Positions 9,397-17,600 of a stretch of 64,000 nt of DNA are shown here, piece after piece; position 1 is the first letter of the stretch, and each line of letters starts with the position of its first letter. Location: assembly GCA_964572175.1 (NCBI GenBank), contig CAZNEH010000001.1, positions 9,788-73,787 on the forward strand, in the 5' to 3' direction. The stretch comes from an uncultured Gammaproteobacteria bacterium (GTDB lineage: Bacteria > Patescibacteriota > Patescibacteriia > UBA9570 > CAZNEH01). A program made the position numbers and the translations under genes. The notes below the pieces were generated by a model. The model was not told the DNA's origin. It did not search any database and saw only the letters and a program-made list of their open reading frames with translations.

Positions 9397-9594
9397 TTAG
9401 ACCTTTTGAACGTTTACAGCTCGAGGGCCTTTATCAGAATCCTCAGTTTCGAACTCAACAGTATCACCAGATTTTAGCTCTTCATAAGAAATGCCAACTA
9501 GTGAGTTTGAGTGGAAGAAAAGATCTTTTTCTTCTCCTTCGATAGTGATGAAACCAAATCCCTTGTCTGTAAGGGTTTTAATAACTCCTGTCAT
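9397..9594 (-). CDS. Cold-shock protein
   Basis: KGFGFI and LFFHSN RNP motifs, GPRAVNV. Confidence 0.95.
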   Translation of the reverse strand: MTGVIKTLTDKGFGFITIEGEEKDLFFHSNSLVGISYEELKSGDTVEFETEDSDKGPRAVNVQKV

Positions 9595-9721
9595 AGGTGT
9601 GATTATTTGTTTAATTTTTTTAATTTAGAATTTATATAAGTTCGACGACACTTTTTTGCTCTATGGTTAGGAGTATACCAAATATGCTAAAAAAAGCAAG
9701 TTTTGTGCTATAATTAATAAG

Positions 9722-10789
9722 ATGAGAATTAAATATTACAAAAATATGGAAGGAAGTAGATCAAGAAGGGTGGGGTTAAGAGATGCGGTTAAGAAAACAG
9801 CCGAGGTCGGAGTTAGGTCTATTGTGGCTAAGTTAGAGGGTAAAAGTACTTTTGGGGTGGGCTCTAATTCTATTTTAGCGGCCTGTGCCATGGCTTATCC
9901 AGAAAGATGTGATATTAAACAAGAGGTAGAGCGAGATGCTTTGCCGGTTTTAATGAGATATGTGATGGGTTATAACGATTGGGTAGATGTGGGGGAGGAT
10001 CTTCCAGAAGGAAATGAGTTTAGAGATTATTTTGAAAGTGAATTAGAAAAACATAAAGCAGCTTGGTATGCATATTTGGATCAAATGCCAAATAGAGAAG
10101 AGGCTGATGCCTTAAGACTTCGAACAGACCAGATTATGGGTGATTTAGCGACCATTGAAGGAGCAGCTAAGTGTGTAGAAGGGGCGGATAATCCTTATCG
10201 AGAGGAATTAGACTTAAAAGAATTGGCTAATGGAGTGGACGCTATTTTAGGAATTATTGCTTGTGTGGATCATAATATGTTTGCCGATAGGATGGATACT
10301 GATCATGATACTTCGACTATAGAAGGGGTGAAAGCAAAATATGCCTGGTTAGTTGATTTGGATTATGAAGAGGTGGAAGGCAATGAGTTAACAGAGGATG
10401 AAAAAAGAGCTAGAATGCTTTACTTGGCTTCTATGGCTGCGCAAATGCAAAATGATATTAGTATTTATGATTATGACAAGGCTTTAGGAGTTGTGAAGCC
10501 AATAAACGTGTTAACTGACGTAGTTGGTCTTTCTAAAGAGGACGCAATTGAGAGAACAGAAAGAGAAGAGGCAAGGTATATTAGATTAGCGAAGAAATAT
10601 GGGTTCAAAAGAAGAGTGATTAAAATAGGGGATATTGGTTATAGGGCTGGTAATGATTGGTTGCATGGAATAGTAGACTTGGCTCGGAGCCAAGACCCAG
10701 ATAGTGTTATGAGAAAGTTGATTGCGGCTGGTTTTAAGAAAACTGGTTGTGTGAGGCAGGAGATGATGGTGAATAGAGATGATGAATAA
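9722..10789 (+). CDS. Hypothetical helical protein, possible isoprenoid/terpene synthase-like fold
   Basis: NDWVD and QNDISIYDYD motifs; start may be 9746. Confidence 0.4.
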   Translation: MRIKYYKNMEGSRSRRVGLRDAVKKTAEVGVRSIVAKLEGKSTFGVGSNSILAACAMAYPERCDIKQEVERDALPVLMRYVMGYNDWVDVGEDLPEGNEFRDYFESELEKHKAAWYAYLDQMPNREEADALRLRTDQIMGDLATIEGAAKCVEGADNPYREELDLKELANGVDAILGIIACVDHNMFADRMDTDHDTSTIEGVKAKYAWLVDLDYEEVEGNELTEDEKRARMLYLASMAAQMQNDISIYDYDKALGVVKPINVLTDVVGLSKEDAIERTEREEARYIRLAKKYGFKRRVIKIGDIGYRAGNDWLHGIVDLARSQDPDSVMRKLIAAGFKKTGCVRQEMMVNRDDE

Positions 10790-10869
10790 TATTTCTTAAT
10801 ATAAAAAAACTCACCGCGCGACTCGCTTGATGACGAATCGCTTGGTGAGGGGTCCCGGGGCTTGGATCC

Positions 10870-11076
10870 CTAGGCGGTCATGGGGAGGTCAGAGTTCAGG
10901 AAGGCCTGGGAGGTCGCCATGAAGGCTTCCATTTCCCCGGAGGCGGCGATGGCACCTAGGTCGACCTGGTGAAGCAGGGCGCTGCCCTCTTGTTTGTTGT
11001 AGACCAGGTTCGGTTGTCCGTCGAGGGTGAGGATGCCCACAGTTCCTTGCATTTCGAACTTCCACTTGTCGTTCAT
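10870..11076 (-). CDS. GC-rich 68-aa orphan gene (solitary cassette)
   Basis: GC-rich codons; TTGACA-N17-TAAGGT upstream; CTCACC/GGTGAG hairpin plus T-run downstream. Confidence 0.65.
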   Translation of the reverse strand: MNDKWKFEMQGTVGILTLDGQPNLVYNKQEGSALLHQVDLGAIAASGEMEAFMATSQAFLNSDLPMTA

Positions 11077-11334
11077 GTCGGCTCACTTTCAGGGCTTTGC
11101 CCTTTTGAGATTCACCCCAACCTTACCCATTTATAATGAAATTGTCAACCTATCTACGGTAGACAGGCTTTGTTTGGGGGTATGGAGGGTTTTGGAGGTG
11201 GGGGAGGGGGATTTGGAAGTGGCTCAACAAAAAAGCCGACAGTTTTTGTCGGTGTTTGTGGAGTTGTTGAGGAGTGAAATTGTTTGATATTTGCTAAGCT
11301 TGATTTAAAGTCTTATTAAGTGTTATAATATATT

Positions 11335-11477
11335 TACTTGTGGATAAACATAGATATTTAATAAATTCATTATTATTTAAATAAATACAGCCCTCACTGT
11401 AAAGTGAGGGCCATAAATAAGTTCGATAGGATTATTCTGTTAAAGAGTCGGTGATTTCAGGCACTGGCTCTTTTTTT
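11335..11477 (+). ncRNA. Putative antisense sRNA
   Basis: TTGATT-N18-TATAAT with extended TG (11300-11329); + strand terminator AAGAGTCGGTG/CACTGGCTCTT plus T-run; no ORF. Confidence 0.45.
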
Positions 11478-11599
11478 ACTTTCTTTTTCTTTGCGTAGAC
11501 TTTGTCTACATAGAAACAAAAAGCATCTTTTCCATAATCTTTAGCGAAAATTCGCTTCCCATTACGGAGAGTAATCCACTTGCGACAAATTTTTGTCAT
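11432..11599 (-). CDS. 55-aa basic small protein (not in ORF track)
   Basis: MTKICRKWITLRNGKRIFAKDYGKDAFCFYVDKVYAKKKKVKKEPVPEITDSLTE; follows promoter and structured leader. Confidence 0.65.
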   Translation of the reverse strand: MTKICRKWITLRNGKRIFAKDYGKDAFCFYVDKVYAKKKKVKKEPVPEITDSLTE

Positions 11600-11862
11600 A
11601 AGTTTTTTGCTTATCCGGTTCTTAGAATTGTCCGGCTAAATGGTAAATACCTTGAATTCTGAGAATTCTGAAAGGATAAAGCAAAAACCACCGAGCGCAG
11701 ACGCCTCACCGTAATCTGTTTACACAGTTTGCGATGAGTGTTCGTAGCACTCAGCAAACCCTAGGGTTGGCAAAGCGACTACGCTCGATGGTTAATCTCT
11801 TTGTAGTAATTTGAGATTAATTTCTGCGCCCCGTCTACGAAACGGGAAAATTGTAATGAACT
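11600..11862 (-). ncRNA. Long structured RNA leader with kissing loops
   Basis: TTGACA-N17-TAAAAT (11898-11870); several stems with G-U pairs on the minus strand; complementary loops TTCGTAG/CTACGAA. Confidence 0.65.
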
Positions 11863-11913
11863 CTTCTATATTTTATAATTATAGCTCTTTTTTGTCAAGA
11901 GGTAAATTACTAA

Positions 11914-12861
11914 TTAAGCAACTATTCTTGCACCTATAGCATCTGTTAAAATAGTTTCAAGCTCTTGAATTGTTTTGTATTCATGGCATTGATAATGTTT
12001 GACATAGAATTCTAGTCTACTTTTCTCTTCTGTGCTCAGGCTATCATCTTTGTTATAAACGTAGATTATATCTTTTCCTAAGGCATAGGCGAACCCAACT
12101 TCAAAAAATACAGAATGTCTCATGCCTGTTAAATCAGCTATTATGAATTTACTTTTTCGAATTTCACTCAAAGCTTTTAAATATATAGGTTCTGAAAAGT
12201 GTTCTCCTTTTAAACATCGTGCTTCATGACCACTGTCTTTAACAATTTTTTTAATAGCATTTATTTTTTGATTTGTAGAACCCTCAAACCATACAGCAAT
12301 AAAAGCTTGTTTTTTATTATCTTCTTTTAAAGACATTTTAACTGAGTCCCATCCATCAATGGAAAGTTTTATAGACCACGGTCCTGTGGTTTTAGAGGGT
12401 AGCTCAATATAATTAGATGCTTCTAATAATTTTATTAATTCGATAAATTCAATACTATTTTTTGCATAAGCGATAGGATAGTCTCTATCAAGCTCAATTT
12501 GTATATTGTCGCCAAAATGTTCTGTTTTATTTCCTATAAAATTTAGTATTTTTTGAGATTGTTCACGTATGTTATTTTTTTCTGGTAGTAGATAGTGTTT
12601 TTCAATATAATCATCAATATTTGAATTATAAAATTCAGGTGGTTCCTTATCATTTTCATATAGTTCACGAGTAATACCAGAAAGCAAGTGTTTTGATTGA
12701 TTAACTTTGGCTACAATATCTCGATCGCTTACTGTTTTCTTGCTGATTAAATAATTTTTACAGCGAGGGCACTCGACATGATAAATACCTTTTTGAATAT
12801 TAAATCTAGAGATGATGGCGGCAAAATCACAGAGAGGACATTTTTCTAATTCTTTACTCAT
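11914..12861 (-). CDS. Zn-ribbon + wHTH + nucleoside 2-deoxyribosyltransferase/TIR-like protein (defence-like)
   Basis: CPLC..CPRC; IIADLTGMRHSVFFEVGFAYALGK motif. Confidence 0.65.
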   Translation of the reverse strand: MSKELEKCPLCDFAAIISRFNIQKGIYHVECPRCKNYLISKKTVSDRDIVAKVNQSKHLLSGITRELYENDKEPPEFYNSNIDDYIEKHYLLPEKNNIREQSQKILNFIGNKTEHFGDNIQIELDRDYPIAYAKNSIEFIELIKLLEASNYIELPSKTTGPWSIKLSIDGWDSVKMSLKEDNKKQAFIAVWFEGSTNQKINAIKKIVKDSGHEARCLKGEHFSEPIYLKALSEIRKSKFIIADLTGMRHSVFFEVGFAYALGKDIIYVYNKDDSLSTEEKSRLEFYVKHYQCHEYKTIQELETILTDAIGARIVA

Positions 12862-12872
12862 AATTTTATAAC

Positions 12873-13637
12873 CTAATCAATCTTTTTATATTGTCTCACC
12901 GCGATGGGGAAGGCGAAGGTGAGGATGCCAGCGATCCAGAGGAGGATGTACCAGATAGAGTTTTCGTAGCTGCCGGTGATCATGAGTCCGCGGATGGAGT
13001 CGATGGCATAAGTGACAGGGCTGTGTTCGGCGAACCATTTTAAAGCAGTGGGCATGGAAGCGGTAGGGACAAAGGCAGAGCTAGCAAAGGTCATAGGAAA
13101 CATAAAAACCATTCCAGCCATTTGAGCAGTTTCGGTGTTTTTTACAGATAAGCCAATAATAGTCATGACCCACATAATAGCAAATCCAAAAAGGACGGCT
13201 AAAGCAATGCCAGCGATAGCTTCTAAAGGGCTTTGTTCTATTCGAAAGCCAATAGCATAGCCAACGCCGATCATGATACCAACGGTAAAAAGATTACGTA
13301 AAGAGTCAGCCAAAGTACGGCCAGCAATAACTGCGGATCGAGTCATAGGTAAAGAACGGAAACGATCCATAAGACCCCTAGTCATATCTTGAGACAATCC
13401 CACCGCCGTGTTGACTGCCCCAAAGAGAACAGTCTGGATAATAATAGCTGGAATAAGATAGTTGATGTAAGAGTTACCAGGAACATCAATAGCGCCACCA
13501 AAAACATAAGCAAAGAGAAGAACAAAGATAACAGGCTGGACCGCAGAGAAAAAGATTAAGCGAGGAGAGCGTTTATAGTGAATCAAGTTTCGTTTGGTGA
13601 TTTGCCAAGTGTCTGAAAAAAAGTTTTGTATATTCAT
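12873..13637 (-). CDS. ABC-2 permease (DrrB-like)
   Basis: Six hydrophobic segments; DRFRSLPM motif. Confidence 0.9.
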   Translation of the reverse strand: MNIQNFFSDTWQITKRNLIHYKRSPRLIFFSAVQPVIFVLLFAYVFGGAIDVPGNSYINYLIPAIIIQTVLFGAVNTAVGLSQDMTRGLMDRFRSLPMTRSAVIAGRTLADSLRNLFTVGIMIGVGYAIGFRIEQSPLEAIAGIALAVLFGFAIMWVMTIIGLSVKNTETAQMAGMVFMFPMTFASSAFVPTASMPTALKWFAEHSPVTYAIDSIRGLMITGSYENSIWYILLWIAGILTFAFPIAVRQYKKID

Positions 13638-13641
13638 ATGT

Positions 13642-14574
13642 TTATTCGGTGGCTTTACCAGTTAAGGATATAAAAACATCGTCTAAAGTAGGGCGGCGCA
13701 GCTGGATATCTAAAATATTAATACCGGCTTGGTCCATTTGGCGGACAACATCGATCAAGACATCAGCTTTACCATCAACTGGAACGCTAAAGCTAAGGCG
13801 GTCTTTGTCAAAGCTAATTGGTTTAGAGCTAGTAGCTTCTAAAATTTTTATAGCCTCAGCAGTATTATTTTTTTCTTTAATAACCACCTCTAAGACATTG
13901 CCTCCAGATTTAGTTTTAAGTTCATCAGCGGTTCCTTCAGCAATAATTTTACCTTCATTAATCACCGTGATAGAATCAGCTAAGTAATCAGCTTCTTCTA
14001 AATATTGAGTAGTTAGTAAAACAGTAGTGCCCTTAGCTTTTAATTCTTCGATCACTTTCCAAAGATCTTTACGGCTAGCAGGGTCTAAGCCAGAAGTAGG
14101 TTCGTCTAAAAATAGAATAGGAGGGTTTACAATTAAACTAGCCCCAAGGTCAAGACGTCGGCGCATTCCGCCAGAGTAATTCTTGGCTTGGCGATGAGCA
14201 GCGTCGGTTAGGCTGAACTGAGCTAATAGATCATCAGTTCGTTTAATGGCGTCTTTTTTACTTAAATGATAAAGACGAGAAAACATTAGTAGGTTTTCAT
14301 ATCCAGTAAGCTCTTCGTCAATAGCCGCATATTGTCCACTTAGGCCGATCTTAGTTCTAAGCTGCTTCTTGTTTTTTAAGGCGTCAGATCCATCAATAGT
14401 CACAGAGCCAGAAGTAGGAGATAAAAGAGTAGCTATAATACGGACTAGAGTGGTCTTACCAGCTCCATTTGGGCCTAGGAGAGCCTTGATAGAGCCCTTG
14501 GGGACGTGAAGGTCAACCCCTTTTAAAGCCTTGACGTTTTTAAAGGTTTTAACAACGTTTTTTACTTGAATCAT
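13642..14574 (-). CDS. ABC ATP-binding protein (DrrA-like)
   Basis: GPNGAGKTT, YSGGMRRRL, LFLDEPT. Confidence 0.95.
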   Translation of the reverse strand: MIQVKNVVKTFKNVKALKGVDLHVPKGSIKALLGPNGAGKTTLVRIIATLLSPTSGSVTIDGSDALKNKKQLRTKIGLSGQYAAIDEELTGYENLLMFSRLYHLSKKDAIKRTDDLLAQFSLTDAAHRQAKNYSGGMRRRLDLGASLIVNPPILFLDEPTSGLDPASRKDLWKVIEELKAKGTTVLLTTQYLEEADYLADSITVINEGKIIAEGTADELKTKSGGNVLEVVIKEKNNTAEAIKILEATSSKPISFDKDRLSFSVPVDGKADVLIDVVRQMDQAGINILDIQLRRPTLDDVFISLTGKATE

Positions 14575-14652
14575 ATTGTGTTTTTAGTAGTAAATCTACC
14601 TTAGATTAACATTTATTGAGGGGCGGGTCAATTATGTGGTATAATAAGTGAT

Positions 14653-17600
14653 ATGATATCTCTTAAGGAGTTGATAAATAAAAATGATTTAACCATAGCA
14701 GATAAACTTAAGCTTTCTGCTAATTTAGCCGAGGCTTTAGGAAAAATTCATCAAAATAATATTATTTACAAGGCTTTATCTCCAGAGAATATTTTAGTTG
14801 ATGAAGAGATAAAAAAAGTAAAGATAGCTGATTCTGAGATGTCTTCAGAGTTGCTAATAGGTCAGCGAGAGGCCCCAGAGTCGGATATTCCTAAAGGTGA
14901 TTTAACGTATATTTCTCCAGAGCAAACTGGGAGAATGAACAGAGATATTGATTATCGGACTGATTATTATTCTTTGGGAATAGTTTTATACGAGTTATTT
15001 ACCCAGCAGATTCCGTTCGAGTCTATAGATCCTTTAGAAGTTATTCATGGCCATTTAGCCAAGAAGCCGATTCCGCCGCAACAGATAAATAAAGAAATTC
15101 CAGAGATGGTGGGGGAAATTATTTTAAAGTGTTTAGAGAAAAATCCAGAAGACAGATACCAGAATGCTTATGGACTTAAAGCTGATTTAGAGAATTGTTT
15201 TGAGCAGATAGTGAAAACGAAAAAAATTAAAAAGTTTGAACTAGGTAAAAAAGATGCGCCTTTGGCTTTTTCAGTTTCAGAAAAAGTTTATGGCCGAGAA
15301 GAAGAAATAAAAGAATTAAAAGAAGCATATCAAAGAGTGAGGACAGGTAAGACAGGGTTGGCTTTGGTTACAGGATATGCTGGAATAGGTAAGTCTGTTT
15401 TAGTGAGAGAATTTCAAAAAGAAATTATTGGTAAAGATAATTATTTTTTAACTGGTAAGTTTGATCAATATAAACGTAATGTTTACTACCATGCCTTTAT
15501 TGAGACTTTTAAAGATTTAGTTAATCAGATTTTAGCTGAAAATGAAAAACAAATTACTGAATGGAAAGAGAAAATTTTAAAAGCTTTAGGAGAAAATAGT
15601 CAATTAATGATTGATGTGATTCCAGAGTTAGAGTTAATAATCGGCAAACAGCCGCCAGTTATAGAGTTGACTTCTACAGAAGCGCAAAATCGTTTTCATT
15701 TAGTTATTCAAAAGTTTACTCAGGTTTTTGCTACAGAGGAAAGGCAATTGATTTTCTTTTTTGATGATCTACAGTGGGCTGATTTAGAATCTTTGAAATT
15801 ATTTGAATTATTAACCACTAATATTAATAGTAAGTATTTACTTTTTGTTGGAGCTTATAGAGATAATGAGGTGGATGAGACTCATCCAGTGTCGCTGATG
15901 TTAAAAAATATCCAAAAAGAGAATGTAGAAATAAATACAATTAAGGTTGAGCCGTTAGTTTTTGAGGATATTAACCAGCTTATTGCTGATTCCATAAAAG
16001 GCGATTTAGAATCAGTAAAGCCATTGACTGAGGTGGCTATTAAAAAAACTAATGGAAATCCCTTTTTCTTGATTCAGTTTTTAAATATTCTTTACCAAGA
16101 AGGACTTTTTGAATTTAATGAAGAGACTTATGTTTGGGAATGGGATATTGAAAAAATTAAAGAAAAAGACATTGCTGATAATGTAGTTGATTTAATGACT
16201 AAAAAGTTCAAGGATTTTTCTTTGGAAACTCAAGAAGTTTTAAAATTAGCCTCTTGCATAGGAAATAAATTTAAATTAGAAACTTTAGCCATTATATATC
16301 AGAAAAATAAAGAAGAAACATTTAATGATTTAAGCCAAGCGATTAAAGAGAGTTTAATTCGTCGGTCAGGAGATGATTATATTTTTGCCCATGATAGAGT
16401 TCAGCAAGTGGCTTATTCTTTAATTCCAAAAGAGCGGAAGCAAGAGATTCATTTTAATATCGGAGAATTATTACTTAAGAATACCAAAGAGGAAGATTTA
16501 TCAGAAAATATTTTTGAGGTTATTGATCAATTTAATTTTAATGTTGATCAAATTAAAGATCAGAAGATGAGAGATAGGTTGGCTAATTTAAATTTATTAG
16601 CTGGTAAAAAAGCTAAGGCTTCAGTAGCCCATGATGCGGCCCTAGGTTATTTTAAAATGGGAATAAAGCTTTTATCAAAAGATAGCTGGGAAAAGCAATA
16701 TAAGTTGTCTTTAGATTTGTATATAGAAGCAGCAGAAGGTTCTTTTTTAACATCTAAGTTTAAAGAAGTAGATAAATTTTGTGCCATTGCTTCAAAAAAT
16801 GCCAAAGAATTACTAGCTAAGGCAAAAATTTCAGAAATTAAAGGCCGCAGCTATTATGCTCAAAATAAAATGGTCGAGTCTTTTAAAGAAACATTAGAGG
16901 CTCTTAATTTTTTAGGATGCAAGTTTCCTAAAAAGGCCACCACAGTACATGCTTTAATAAGTGTTTTGAAAATAAAATGGGCTTTATTAGGAAAGTCAAA
17001 CAAAAAGATAGAGCAGATAAAAGACATGACAGATCCTAAGTCTTTGATAATTATGAGTTTGTTGAAATTTTCTTCTCATTCAGTATATCGAGCTAGTCCT
17101 AATTATTTTCCAATTGTAATATCTAAGGCAATTATTCTTTCATTGAAAAGGGGAATAGCTCCATCTACAGGTTTTTTCTTTAGCGCTTACTCAGTAGTTT
17201 TGATTTCTACTTTAGGAGATATTAACGGAGGTTATAAGTATGGCCAATTAGCTACAGCTTTATCTGATCGATCAGTGGCTAAAAAAATGAAATATCGAAC
17301 TTCTGTTATTGTTCATGGTTTTATTAATCATTGGAAAAAACATCTTAAAGAAAGTGTGGATAATCTTTTAGTGTCATATCAAAAACAATTAGAATTTGGA
17401 GATAATGAATTTGCAGCTAGTTCTTTAGTGATGTATTGTTCGTACTTTGGTTTTTCCGGAAAGTCTTTAAACGAAATTAATAAAGAGTTTGAAACATATG
17501 GCCGAGCTTTATGGCAATTAAAGCAAATGGTGGATTTTCAAGATAATAGTATTCATCATCAATTTTCATATAATTTTGTAGAATATGAAGAAAGCCCAGA

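Noticed and set aside
11339-11348. oriC from DnaA box TGTGGATAA (also near 28174)
   Set aside because: Isolated single boxes; no cluster and no dnaA/dnaN nearby.
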